Of a DNA stretch of 64,000 nucleotides, positions 13,601-26,777 are shown one piece after another. Where the stretch lies: the NCBI GenBank assembly GCA_030704615.1, contig CM060734.1, positions 43,152,001 through 43,216,000 of the forward strand. Reading direction: 5' to 3'. The notes under the pieces are model-generated. The model ran no database searches and was not told the origin of the DNA. It saw only the letters and a list, made by a program, of their open reading frames with translations. Numbering within the stretch: position 1 is the first letter of the stretch; the number at the start of each line of letters is the position of its first letter. The stretch comes from Takakia lepidozioides (Eukaryota > Plantae > Bryophyta). The translations under genes were made by a program, and so were the position numbers.

Positions 13601-16245
13601 CGTAGTCAGTACCTGAGCTCATATTGTTTATGTCATGGCATTAGACCTGTGACAAGGTTCTTTATGTGGTCAATTGATGAATGAATGGAGATAGTTTATT
13701 AGGCACTGTCCTGGTGGGTTGATATAATTGAGACATTCATGGACGATGGAGGTAATTTATTTCTGAATGTGTAGTTGGCCAAAGCTAAAGCCCATGTCAA
13801 TTTTACCCTGTTTGGGTGGATGACCTGCAAAGATCGTTGGATTACAGCTCCTGTGACTGGAAAGGACTTTGCTGTTGTGAACGTGAACTCTTATCCTTTT
13901 GTTTGCACCAGTATAAACTTTTTCATCTGGGAAGTGTACACTGAGTACGTGATTTTCTAATATGAGTCACTTTCTTTGCCCTGGGCTGTACAGTGAACCC
14001 AACTGCGTGACAAGGAAGTGGACAGTATTGGGGGAGGTCCGCATTGGTATATTTGCCATTGAAGATATCAATGCCGGAACTGAGCTTTCTTACAACTACA
14101 ACTTCCAGTGGTATGGGGGTGACAAAGTTCGCTGTAGGTGTGGGGCTCCTTCATGTGCAGGGTTTCTTGGTGCCAGGTCGCGAGGTTTTCAGGTACATTT
14201 TAATTCTTCGATATGCCTGTTTACTAAAGGCTTGTGTTCAGGGTGTGTTTGGCTCTATTGTTGCCCTTGTGGTTTCCCTTTGTGGTTTCGTACCCTTTGT
14301 GGCTTCTTAACCTTTGTGGTGCCCCACTTTGCTGAGGTGTTAGATGAAGGGGTTGTTCTAGTAGACTGAAATGGAAATTTTTGACAAGAAACCAATTTAT
14401 CTAGTATGTTCTAGTGTTTCTAGGAAGTGGTTATTGACAAAAAGAGAAGAAACAGAGAGACAGAAAGATGGAGAGAGGTATACTGATGGATATTATATTT
14501 CTGTGTACGCAGAAAGATGCTCTTGCATTTGTGGAGGAGGAATATAGGTGGGTGCCTTGTGTACTTGCAAATGTGTGTGTGGCAATATTGCAATGATGTT
14601 TTCTGGGAGGAAGTTGGTAAGCTTTGATCATTTTGAGGGTTGAAAGGGCCTGCCGTATTTGATTGGATGGTAAGTAGTGCGTGTGTGATCTCAAACAGGG
14701 GTACTCCAGAGAGGCCAAAAGACGAAGATCCACCCCTGGAGCTGAGCTCCAGCAATCTTACACCACTACATCAGGGCTCCAGCAGTCGTGAGCTGCCTTT
14801 CAGTCTCTTTGATATAGCGGTAGGTCTCAGAGATTTCAAGGTACCTGATCCAAAGCCTAGGTCGAAAAGCACACAAACTGTTGCTCAATCTCTGGGCGAT
14901 ATCAGGCGAGGACCTGGTCGTCCAAGGAAGTCCACTGACAAATCGAAAGCATTGCAAAGTGAGGTAGTAATGGGTGCAGAGAAAGTATCCCTACCAGCTC
15001 TCAAGAAAGGTATGATAGCTGTAGGGGGGGAAAAAGAGAAGATACAAGCAGCCAAACTCCAAATCGAGAGAACAGATGGGACTAGCAAGAATCAAATGCC
15101 TTCTACTGCAAAGCAACTTGATGTCGTCAAAAGTCTGAAACACTCGCCAGGGACAGACTCCGTGAGGAAGATTGCAAAACCAAAGATTTTGAGAGCAGAG
15201 AGTTCGAAATTTCAGCCTCCTGTGTCTGCTTTGGAGGATGAGGAGATAAAGATGGCAAAGAAACAAGCAAGGAAAGCAGAGGAAGCTGGGTTTGGGAGAC
15301 AGAGAGCCACATCTGAGGAACATTTAGTATCTAGGAAAAAGGCAAGATTTGCTGCCTTCCAGCAGTCAAAGAACATGGTGAATCAATTCATCCATGCCCT
15401 CTCCCTCAACCAACAGTTGCTCCCTGAGGCAGTCTCTGCTGAGGTTGCTGCTGCACAGGTAAGCTCTTTCCTCATTCCAGGTCTACCAAAGTTATCAATG
15501 ATCAGGGAAGTTTTATGCCTAACTTCATTTTCATCAGACAGTCTTTGGGCATTTGACATGGCATTAGACACTGCAACCTCCAGGTCAGCTGCATCCAGCA
15601 GGGTCAATTCTTCTGGGCTAATATTCAGATACTTGAAAATCTCTTCTACCTGTTTCCACCAGGACTTATCCTGTTTAACACGACGGTATTGCTTCCAAGA
15701 AATATCCAATATCCAAAATCTTGGGTATCTGCAACTGTGTATCAAATTCTTTGTTTGTCAGTCTGTTGTTCTTAAAGAGGAACAAGCTGTCAATCTTTGT
15801 GTTTGTCATTAGCCTTAATGCACTGCTATTATTGAGCGCCTAGACCACAATAAATGCACCTTGAAGATCCTACAACCAGGAGAAGCTTTGAACAAGGTGG
15901 TTGAGGTCCTTCCATACACTTTCCATACACCTCGTATTCATGGTTCTTAGGGGTTGATGCTACTCTCCTTAAATTTGTTATCAGGAGGAGGAGGTAGCAG
16001 CAGCAGCTGAGATGGCCAAAGTGTTTGATGAGATTCGGCCAATCCTGAAAGAACATGAGAAAGCTGGTAATGATTCTTTCCCAGCTGAGCTAACAGAGCG
16101 TTGGATTGCGGCAACATCTAAGCAGCTGCGCACTGCATTTGACTTCCATTTTACAGTGGTCCGACATCTGGCAGGGCCTACGCAGGCCTTAAGTGGGGCA
16201 GGGGTTTCATTCCCGGAAGTGAGCAGATTTTTTCCCAACCCTTAA
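10626..16245 (+). CDS. ASHH1: Histone-lysine N-methyltransferase ASHH1/SDG26-like (AWS-SET-postSET); exons 10626-10727, 10995-11059, 12023-12179, 12419-12505, 12717-12801, 13210-13303, 13994-14192, 14513-14547, 14699-15458, 15985-16245
   Basis: AWS domain DDIAVCNC..CGERCLNLLTSTECTPGHCPCGALCKNQ; SET domain RGWGL..[38 protein letters not shown]; post-SET CRCGAPSCAGFLG; C-terminal DEIRPILKEHEK..RWIAAT..FDFHF resembles ASHH1. Phases are consistent; exon 1 and the micro-exon 14513-14547 are less certain. Confidence 0.92.
15465..15745 (-). mobile_element. LINE ORF2 fragment (post-RT region) inside the last ASHH1 intron
   Basis: KSWWKQVEEIFKYLNISPEELTLLDAADLEVAVSNAMSNAQRLSDENEVR aligns with KSWQKRVEKILKDLDLDPQVLTLLDKSDLEAVVSEAMSVAMRLSDENEVR at 30626-30808 and 31374-31510. 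The DNA shares cctaacttcattttcatcagaca. Confidence 0.8.
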
Positions 16246-17129
16246 TGGGAATCTGCTTTCTAGAAAGATACCTGGGTTTGCAGCAAGGTTCTGTTACATA
16301 CTTGCCAGTGAGATTCTCCCATTTGCTCCCACCTACCTCAGGCATTTTCTAGAGAATCTGACGAGGTGGTCTGTTCACATCCTGAAAGGTAGTTCCTGCT
16401 GTCCTCGTGAGTCCGCAGTGGTAGCCAAACTTGGATGGCTATTTAATCAGTGTATCTCGAGCCCCATTTGTCATATCCCATCCACACTGGCAGTTCTTCC
16501 TTGTATATCACATTCTTGCTGGACTTGAACAGTTTTTGGACATAATTTCAAGGTTTTGTCGAGTGGCTAGATATTTGGTTGGCACCTGCAGGTTCCAAAC
16601 TGGATGAAAGAACAAACCAGTATGTACACTTTTCGCAAAATGTGTTTGGCCATTGAGGTTCTTCCAACTTCCCAACACTTCATTGTAACCAATTATGCAC
16701 CGATAGGGAGTTTTGTGATGTGTTATCCCTTTGAGGTCTCTTTCATGACCCTCGTTTGATAAAATTGAGAGAATATTCACCTTGAGCCATTCAGCACAAC
16801 TTCTTTTCTGGTCTTCACTAGCACTGCAGGCTTCCACATTTTGGTGCCATTACTGTTGAGTTTGTGAATGAGGACTGTCTGATGCACTGATCATGAGATT
16901 GTTTATCAAAGCGGCTCTATTTTGGAATAGAAGAGGTAAGCTCTCATCTACTGCTCCAATCTGAACCACATTGTCCAAGACTAAAAATCTACAAAACTAT
17001 GTGTCATCTATAAGTCCCGACTCTTAGAGAACTCTTCACCTTCGGTCCATCTGTGGTGCTTTCAGCCTTGACGTCGCAGCACCTGCCATGGACCAATTAT
17101 GCATAAGAGTTACCGAATGCGCTCTGGCT

Positions 17130-18808
17130 CTAGTCAGATACTGATTCAGCAACATCTTCACTAGCAGTTTCCTTCCTGAAGTTGTACTCTTCAATTAGAT
17201 TCAAGTTGTCCACCAGTTGGTGGTATGCCTCGCACCCTGCACACTGTCACCCAACCCTCTCACTTCCATCAGATTGTAGGGAACACACATGCTTGCTTTT
17301 CAAACCTTACAAATGGTGATCTTTTCTCACCTATCATCAAGTTGAATCTGAGCAAATCAAAGCCAATGGGGATCTATTCACCAGGGCCATTACCACATAC
17401 ACTAATGAGGGTAAGGTTTTGCCATAACAAGATGCCACTCACTATCTGCATCATAAGCCCCAGTTACCCAGTTGCGTGAAACTATTAGTAAGGAGCTGCC
17501 ACATCTCTCATTTTATCCAGCTTGCCAGAGCTCCCAATCTCCACCCAGGTATAAATCTTGTGGGAGAAAAATTTACATCAGTGTTGATGTAGTGCGACCT
17601 TGCAAAGGAATGAAATATACCTGAACAAAGACCGTGCCATTGCGATAGGCTTCTGGGTTAATCAGTCGCTGAGAGCGTGTCTGGCATACATTGCATGTGA
17701 ACTCCACTTGCTGTGACCTCCGGGGTAGACCCAAGTCAATTTGGATCCCCTGTCCCCAACTCCCATCATCCATTTCACTGGTGAGCAAGACGTGGTAAGA
17801 GAGGCATGGAAATAGTGGTAGATTCCAACTGTCATAGGCAGTTTGGTCAGGGACTAACTTCATGCCATCAACTTCACCCTACATTTCAACTGATAAGGGA
17901 AAATGCCACACATTAAAACCTGGCAAACCTGTGCTGATGAAGGCTTCTCATCTAAGCTGCTCTCCCCCGAGCTGCTGCTGCTCTCTTCCTCACTCGTTGA
18001 CGACACAGACAATGATGGTGATGATGATGATGATAATGATGACACCGATTGGGAAACATTATTTGCTGCAGAGCCATTTCCCAACATCACAAGAGGTTAC
18101 AGGACAGCCAATAATGTAAGGTTGTTGGGTTCACACAAATCTGAGTTGACATACATATCAACGAATTGCCAGTAAGATAAAGATTAAAACCAAACTTTGA
18201 AGCTCTCTCTCTCACACACATCCTAATTTCCTACCTTCTAGTCTCTATCAAGAGTACTCAACAAAAGTACCATTTTATCACACGTACATTCTTCGGAGCT
18301 CCTGCACTTCACGCCTTGAATTGCCTTGCCTTTTGCAGATTGATGGAAGAAAGCCATGCTTGACCACCTGTTGAGAAACAAACAACAAAACCCCAAATTA
18401 GTACACACGCAAATGTCCAGAACCTGCCACTGATGTTAGAAAGAACCGATAAATTTTGAGTGACTCCCCTTCGGTCCTTTGCTACTCACAAATTGCAACT
18501 CAAAAGTCAACAACCTGAAAGCTTATAAATTACACTGAGGCTCAAGGACACCTAGCAACATCCCATATATTTTTTAGAGTTGTGGCAGTATAACCTCAGT
18601 CGTCAAACAACATACTACTGATGACCAATTTCAACCGGCGAAATGTTGAGCCCATCGGAACAATGCAATAGAGATAATAGCAACCAAAATCTCACCGGCA
18701 CTGGAGCTGAGTTCCACAAAAAGCTCTTGTAGCAGAGTTCCTCCAAACACCCACAGACACAATCCCAGAAGGAGGAGACTTGGCAATGGCAACTGAGGGA
18801 CACGCCAT
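17130..18808 (-). CDS. DNL-type zinc-finger protein (Zim17/Hep Hsp70-escort family), probably organellar; exons 18808-18696, 18367-18288, 18065-17929, 17749-17621, 17243-17130
   Basis: LPRRSQQVEFTCNVCQTRSQRLINPEAYRNGTVFVQ|CAGCEAYHQLVDNLNLIEEY gives two CxxC motifs and the HxLVDNL signature. N-terminus is transit-like and Ser-rich; GT-AG introns are in phase. Confidence 0.9.
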
Positions 18809-19559
18809 GCTTGATGTCGTTGGAAGAGATGCAACTCTCATGGTGAACATAGCTAGTATGCACAAGCGATCAAGTTTGAAAAACGCTCAGAAGAATACCA
18901 AAGTAACTGCGCCTAAGTGTGATGTAATGAATCCCAATTCTGAATGTGTGGAAAACTTTCCGAGAAGGTTTCCTGGAATTCACTAGATAACTGCAGCTTA
19001 TTTATCACGAAACGCTCCCGTTGCGCCCTTCAGATTTATCCCTGTTCGAGCGAGTAACCAAAGTTATACCTTGCATATCAGGAATGAATTTCAAGCCACA
19101 AAGTTGAATACCAACTATTCTACATGACCAGGACAAAATAAGACCAGCGACAGCATGCCGGATTGGAAATGGAGAGTCAAGCAAAAAACTCCTGAGCTCG
19201 AGGATATTATAACTGCGAGGATAAAGTCAAGTAAGTGGGTATGTAGGGATTCCCACTGCTGGATTCGTACATCTGGAAATGGAGGGAGAGACACCCTAGG
19301 GATGATTGACGGATATGAGACGCAACTCCCAAACAAAAAGATCAGTTTCTTCTGCGTGCTTTGCCACCTTATTACTGACAAGGAAAGTTAGGGTTGGACC
19401 GGGCCAAAAATTGCTTCCTGAAGCAGGATAGATATGTAGAGCTCTCCAGGATGAGTTGAGTGATGCAACCTTAGTTCTACATGCTTGAGCTATTCTGTGA
19501 TGCATCTTGTGGGGTTGCAGTGTTATTTGAGCTGACTTTCAAGTAGGGGCTGCCACAGC

Positions 19560-22500
19560 ATGGAAGCTCATGGAATTTCTTCGATCAGCAGCTGCCTGGC
19601 CAGTGTGTCAAGGCAGGCTTTTTGCGAGTGCCAAGCCACAGCTTCGAGAACTGGCAGCTATGCGCATCCGAGAAAATTAATGCCTAATCACCGTGGGAGC
19701 ACAGTTGGTCTGCCATGCGTGCATGAGATTATTTCCCCTCTCGCTCAAAAGAGATTTTTTGAATTTAGTGTAGTACCTGAGCCATTTACATGTGGGAATA
19801 CTTCAGGTAGACAACAGCAAACAGGGGGCCTTGTGAGGGCCAGCAGCCGTCAGCCCAAGCCCCCTCTGTTTGTGCTGCATGACAATCCCAACAGAAAACG
19901 ACTGGACAACGCAGATAGCAGCAATGTCCCTCCGTCCTCTCAGCCGGACTTCGATATGAACGACTTGCAGGTGGACCCTGACCACCGAAGCGGTTCGCTC
20001 CCATGCTCTTTTCTTCCAATGCTGCAATTGAAAATTTTGGCCCAGCAGAAACAACGGATTTTGATAGGGGAGGGATAGTGATATATAAGAAAGAAATGCG
20101 CATGTCTTTCTAGAATGTATTATATCAGTTTGTGTCACCATAAAGAAAACCAGCAAAGAACGATGTGGCTCACACACCTCACCCACTAAGTCGAGCTATC
20201 TGACTCAATGAATGCGAAGGGAGGGGGGAAATTTTAGTTCTCACAGCAGGTCGTTGGGTAATTGGTTGGTGGCGGAATGTGTTGATTGACACGATGGAAG
20301 GTTGGTAATACGCTAATTGGAGGTGGACAATGCAGGTTATATAGCTCTGGTGGGGAAGCCCAATGTCGGCAAGAGCACGCTGCTGAATCAGATGTTAGGT
20401 CAGAAACTGTCTATTGTGACCGACAAGCCTCAGACCACACGGCACCGGATTCTGGGAATTTGCTCGAGTTCGGACTATCAGGTGCCCAGATAGACAGTTC
20501 TTAACACCAAAGATATAAGAGGGGATAACATCTAGCGATTGGCTAGAGTTGTTTGCACTATTCAAGTGGGTTTAGCTGATGCTGCAGCTGGAAGGCTGTG
20601 GATGTCTGGTATTGGGGAACTACTCAATGTGGTAGAATAGTATGACTACAACAGATGGTGGAGCATGGGAAGCGTTCTCCCATATGATGATCATCAGTTA
20701 GAAATTGGTTAATCTTAGAGGCGTATATCAAAGAAGCGCATTGCATCTGCAGATCACACACTTTATACAGTACTTTTGAAGGATGAAAGCTGAGATAAAA
20801 ATTGGAGGTGGAAGTGACTAGAGTGGATGGTCCTAACAGATGATATTGTACGATACGCCTGGAGTAATCCGAAAGAAAATCCGGAAGCTGGATGAGATGA
20901 TGATGCAAAATGTGCGCACTGCCACTCTCAATGCTGACTGTGTGCTGGTGGTAGTGGACGCCTGCGATGCCCGTGAACAGGTTTTGTTTTCATAATCTCT
21001 GATTTAACACTTATCCGATACTTCTTGGTAAAATACCTGTATCTAGTACCTGATGAGAATTTCACAGTTCCTCTATTAGAGGTGCTTTGCAGATTGTTGC
21101 TAGGTATGAAGTTTGTGCAGTGAGGTTAACCAGATGGTCCAGGTGTCAGAGATGTTAGAGGAAGCTGTCACAGACCGACGACCCAGTCTGTTGGTGCTGA
21201 ATAAGAAGGATCTGCTGAGACCTGATGAAATTGCAGAGAAGAAGGAGGTACTTATGCAGGAGTCCTTTGCACCTTCGCCAATTTTTGGAGCATTAGTTGA
21301 ACCCAAGAGGGTCCCACAATATACTATTGAAGAAATATTCTTTATTATTTGCTATCCTTAAAATTGTGAGACAGGCTTTAGGGGAGAGCCCTAGCTGTGC
21401 ATGGAGTCTGTTTGTAGGAGGAGGTTTGAGCATGTTACTTCTCTGGGATCCCTAGGATGTTTACCTGACATGGAGAGTATTTGGGGTGCTTTGTAGTGGT
21501 ACGAGAAATTCGGCGGTGTAGATGAAGTGATTGCTGTGAGTGCGAAGCTAGGTCATGGGGTGGAAGAGGTGAAAAACTGGCTTGTAGGTCGACTTCCGTA
21601 TGGGCCTGCCTACTATCCCAAGGTACCCAGGTGCATGAGTGGCACTTTGTTGCTCCTTTCAGTAACACTTTACTGTCAGTGACATGCATATGTTCCATGC
21701 TTATGTTGTAAAAGATTTTCCCTTGAATACTTGATCAACTATTAATGTAGCATTGATGGCTTGCAGCCTCAATTCAGATTCATTTGGGCAGATTGTGGCC
21801 TGAAACAGCATATACTGAGAGTGAGATAAACCAATTTGTAAATGCATGCCCAATGGCAACAAGTATGGACTGTTGTCCCAATTTCAGGGTTCTACGCTGC
21901 TTGTCTTCACAAAGGATGGGAAATGTTTTCAAAATGGTAGACATGTCAAACAATTGCATCAGATCGGTGTCCTGAATTTTTAAAGAGCTACCTGTTGTCT
22001 AAAGGAAGAGAGCACATCTCTTCATTCCAGTGGGAGGTTTCATTGTTGCAGGATATTGTTAGCGAGCACCCAGAACGGTTCTTTGTTGCTGAGATTGTGA
22101 GGGAGAAGATATTTCTACAGTACCGGCAAGAAATACCTTATGTGTGCCAAGTATGTTCATCTCAAAGTGAAGATCTTGTGTTCATGCTGATTAGTACTTT
22201 CGCATTTCCAGCTTTCAAAATGGGGTTCTCCCAGCAGCCAGATTAGTTATCTTTGTACTGCCATGGCATGCTAGCCTGAGTGTGGTTTGCCGGTCTGTGA
22301 TTCTGGTTGCTTACCTCAGCAAGGGTGACAGGTGAACGTAGTAAATTATATGGAGAGGAGAGCAGCCAAGGACTTCATTGAGCTGGAGATTTTGGTTGAA
22401 AAGGATTCACAAAAGGGTGTTCTGATTGGGAAGGTGTGCTCCTCGTCACTTCCTTACAATCCCACAGAGATGGTCTATATGGTAGCAGTATGCCAGATGT

Positions 22501-23273
22501 TCTTTCATTGTTGAACATCCTCTTAAGGAACGTCTGGCCGTCATCTTATGGAAGCTTAATTCTATTTCAAAAATGAGCAACCCATACTTTGTTTATTTTT
22601 GAAGTATGAGTAATGTTACATTAGACTTTTAGGGACCTGGCTGGGACTACAGCACGCTTGAACACTTGCAAAGTAGTGCATGAACTTAAGCTCATAAAGA
22701 TTGTGCATACATTATGTTTAGGGACCTGGCCAGGACTGCACGCTTGAACACTTGCAAAGTAGTACTTCAGCTCATAAAATGAAAGGAAAAGAAAGAGAAC
22801 CCACTAATTCGCTGGGAACTTGCACACAGGAGGGGCATGCTCTGAAGTTGCTTGCAACTGCATCAAGACTGGATATTGAGGATTTTGTGGGGAGAGAAGT
22901 CTATGTAGAGGTATTTTGCTGTCACCTGTCTCCGATTGTTTGACATTTTTGCTTTCAACAACCATTTGGCTTAACAAGAGTCCCGAATGAATTGCTCCTT
23001 TACATAGGAGACATTGGTGTGCAATGAAGTTAGGTAGACGGGGCAAGCTGTGCTCATGGATGTCTTTGTGCCTTATCAAGGATTCAACTTTGAATAAGCT
23101 TCTTGGGTAGTAGTATTGTCTTGGCCTGTCATTGCACTTCGTCTACACTCATGGCCAAGTAAAGATTGGCACGCTTGTAACAGCTGAAAGTGAAGGTAAG
23201 GGAGAACTGGCGCGAAAACGAGGAACTTCTGGACAACTATGGTTACAGTGGCAAGATGCCATATGGAACGTGA
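19560..23273 (+). CDS. ERA: GTPase Era, chloroplastic; exons 19560-19992, 20336-20481, 20840-20980, 21143-21247, 21497-21622, 22052-22150, 22332-22433, 22830-22910, 23184-23273
   Basis: G1 [10 protein letters not shown]2 PQTTR, G3 DTPG, G4 NKKD, G5 VSAK; KH domain [38 protein letters not shown]. All phases are consistent. Confidence 0.96.
22628..22779 (+). repeat. Imperfect tandem duplication (~90-bp period) in Era intron 7
   Basis: ttagggacctgg..gcacgcttgaacacttgcaaagtagt..agctcataaa occurs twice (~22629 and ~22718). Confidence 0.8.
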
Positions 23274-24093
23274 AGCTGGCCAACTTTTAGGGTACTCAGA
23301 TTACATTCAAGGAGAAGAGTCTCTGCTGACCCAGCTGTTTGCAAAGTTAACTCTCGCTTTGTAAATGCCGGTTTATTGCAATTGCATGGTCATGTGGATT
23401 CTTGACATGTACAGGAAAAATTTGCAATCTCATCTAGTTGAGTCGGAAGCCACTCTAGTGGTCATTTGTTGAGCTTGGAGTGCATGTGATTATCTCATAC
23501 CGTATCTTCAAGAGGGATTAACCAGATTGAGACCAGATTATTTCCCAGGATAATGTATAGCAGCACCTGTTAGGATGGGGGTTGTATCTACAGGAAACCG
23601 GTTGCACAATCCTTCAATTATCCCATATTGCTTTTGCACCCACTTGGGTATAAAGGAGGGGCCAGGTTGCTGGTGGTGCTTTTATAACAAACTTTTGAGG
23701 CAGGCATAGAGCTATCTAGAGATGTGTCGTGACATCTACCATCTATCACAAGTCAGTCCAACTACACAATAATAGTGGGTGTTATAAGTCAGTGTACCTC
23801 AGCTCTACTCTGCAATGACAGGCCATTGACCAGTTTCAAGGAATATAACAAGGACCTTGCTCTACACCTGCAGTAAGGCATCTTGAAAGCTTTTGCACAA
23901 TACACAGCATAAGCTCTACCTCCTTCCTAGATGTGCAGTTACCTTCCACTGACAGGCCTGGAAAGGGTGCTAAAAGAATCTTGTCAGTGAATGTTAATGC
24001 TGGCAAAGCTGTCAGAGCTAGGTAGGCTCCCAGTATTGCAAATGCCTCTAAAATCTGGACGCAGAATGCATTACCAGAACAGGAGCATTCCCA

Positions 24094-25839
24094 TCAATGT
24101 TTCTTCTCCTTGCTTGCAAATGCTTCACTAATTTTGGCCCAGGAACGGAGCAGGATAAGTGCAGGAATCACAACCCAAAGGCCATTCAAGAAGACGAAGT
24201 AGAACCAGAAGTAGAAAGCACCAGGTACTCTAACCTCCTTGCCTTCTAAGGGAATTGTTGAGAAGTACACAATATCTCCATAAAGCTGCCCCAACGACAC
24301 TGCCAGCTGCAGTGTGTGCTCGTATGTTGTATGTGCTGAAATTGCGTAGCTGCACCCACCATCAGCACTGCCACAAGTCAACCTCTTTCTCCCTACCAAG
24401 GCCTGTTTCCTCTCTTTCTTTCTTAAGCTCTATGAGCTTTCCGCGGACATTATAAAGCACCGTTTCATTTCATTTCATTTCATTTCTGTCAGTCTAGGAG
24501 GTCAGAATTCACATCAAGTTCAACAACGGTAGTGTTTCCCCCCTCACCCATACCTTAACCATTCCCCAAGTTACAGTCCACATTCATCCTCTATCAAACC
24601 AGAGTGCTGGGGAAGGCTAGAACAAGTTACAGGGTGTAAGACTCTACTCCTTCCTCCAAGCATACTTGAGCTGTACTCTTTGTCGTCTGCATCTATCAGT
24701 GCCTAGACGTACCTCTTTTAATGAGACATTCCACTGTTCTCTCACTCCATTTTCTAAAGGCGTGACGTGTGTTGATCTGACAACATGAAAGTATCTAGAG
24801 TGCATGTATCTGTGGATCAGGAGAATTGAGTGTTTGCTTACATAGCAACAATACAGCCCGGGCCTGCCAGAACTGCAGTGATCCCTTCTACAATCACAAC
24901 AGTTGGGTCCCGAGCTACATAGCGAGAGTCGGCCAAGCTGTACTCCTTCCCTGCAAACCGCACCCAACTAAATATCAACCAAAAATGATAAAGTTGGCGG
25001 TGACGAAATCAATGTATGGTCAAGGTAGCTCGAATGTTTGAGCCAGAAACCATTATCTCCACGATAATTTTTTGGTTGAGAGAGAGAGAGAGAGAGAGAG
25101 GGCCGTACAGCATTCCGCCAAGATATTAGGTGTATCGAACTTGAAGAAGTCGGGAGTGAACACAAAGTAGCCCTCAAGCACTATGTGAGTGACTCCCGAG
25201 AACACAAACCAGCACATTAAGAGTCTGTCCAATGGCGTCACCTTCTTGTTTCTCGCTGCGGTCACACATCCAAACAGTGTAAAACAATCACGTCCAATTG
25301 CTCCTCACACCCTTTGCCCCGCCGATGCTATATTGTAAACATGTTTAATCGTATCACTGCCAAAGACTTACTAAATGCAGCCTCATTCTCCCAAGCACAC
25401 ACACACAATTCCCTGATCGGTCTGCCCTGACGAGTTTCCAATCATTTATGCGGCCGTAAGAGCAAAGTCTGCTCTTAGCAGCAAATCAAACAAACTCTAG
25501 TGCTAGGCAAGCTGACATATACTCTGGCATTCAAATGTCTGGCTCCTAACTAGAACGATGACTGGAATGTCGCAGCGAACCCACCTAGGCAATTGCTGAA
25601 GGGAGGGTCTAGCACCGGCTGTACCAAATGATACCGTGCATGTATTTAATTGGGGGAAAAAAAAAGACGAGGTGTGGAGGTCGGGAGGGACCTGAGAAGA
25701 GCCAGACTGCAAGAGTGACAAAGACAGAAGCAGCCCCGTAGGTAGACAGCACGTAGACATCTGACAGAAGCCGCGGTGTAAACCCTTCAAGCACCAAGTC
25801 CCTAGGATAGTAGGGATGGGGCGCTCCAGTGCTCGCCAT
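24094..25839 (-). CDS. HYD1: 3-beta-hydroxysteroid Delta8-Delta7 isomerase (EBP/HYDRA1); exons 25839-25692, 25255-25109, 24950-24842, 24349-24094
   Basis: HPYYPRDLVL..CWFVFSGVTHIVLEGYFV..WKEYSLADSRY..VEGITAVLAGP..LQLAVSLGQLYG..FWFYFVFLNGLWVVIP are EBP family motifs. Confidence 0.95.
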
Positions 25840-26639
25840 TGCTTGTCCCCTCTCTCTCACACACACACTCCGTCCTGATCTCTTCTCTCCTCTCCTCTCG
25901 TCTCCTATGAGAACAAATAGATTCCAAGGTGGCAACTGCCAGATAATTTATACCGTGGATTGAAAGCATAACACAACAACAAACGGCTTGTTGAGGCCAC
26001 CTTACTATTATCGTATGTATTCCAAGTTACATATGTAGCTTCGCCTGAGGATAGAGCAGGGGAACAGTCTGCGGGGGAGAGGACCTGATTAAGCAAAATC
26101 CCCCACTAGAACATGACAACGTTATTATTACTAGGATCACAGATCAGGCTGTAATTCTTTCTCCTTATCGCATCTAAGACTCGGGTCGATTGATTGGGTG
26201 AAATTCCTCTGAGCATCTTTGCATTTGCAGAGCCAGACTTTTATTGAGCCTGGACCCAACCATTTCAGATCCAGAATGCATACGACGGAGTAGAAAGAAG
26301 AGAGGGGCTGAAAGGATTGCCTCCCCATGCAATCTAGCGTCGATTTCTCCCTCTTGCTCAAACTGGGCGAGGACAGTCATCTTGGTTGAATTGATTCCGG
26401 GTGCAAGGAATGACGCCAGATTACCTACCAAGATCTTCTACGAGACCATTGCAGCTCCAGAGGAATCGAGGATTTGGACTGTTGCGAAGCGGGAATCAAT
26501 TCAGGTGTTTTGGACTCACCTGCGCCCAATTCATGACCCTATTATTAAAAAATGAGGCGTTAGAAAAGTGGCTATATTACAGGTGTCATATTTTTAACAT
26601 GTCCACGTATGACAAATCTGGCTCCTGATACTTGACATT

Positions 26640-26777
26640 GGCACTTTCTGGCGATTTTTTAAACTTTTCACTCCCGTAATTCCTTAGTAAAAGTAGCTGA
26701 CCCATTTCCCAGGTCAAAATCTGGCGGTTTTTCGCCAGATTAAAAAACACTGGCGACTGCTCACAATTCAGGCCCTT
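26640..26777. mobile_element. Possible right end of a hAT-like DNA transposon
   Basis: Repeated ctggcg motifs, a 9-bp hairpin aatctggcg-gttttt-cgccagatt (26718-26741) and a terminus caattcaggccct. No partner TIR was found. Confidence 0.3.

Noticed and set aside
14640-15812. 390-aa ORF as a standalone gene
   Set aside because: It is ASHH1 exon 9 plus read-through into an intron containing an antisense LINE fragment.
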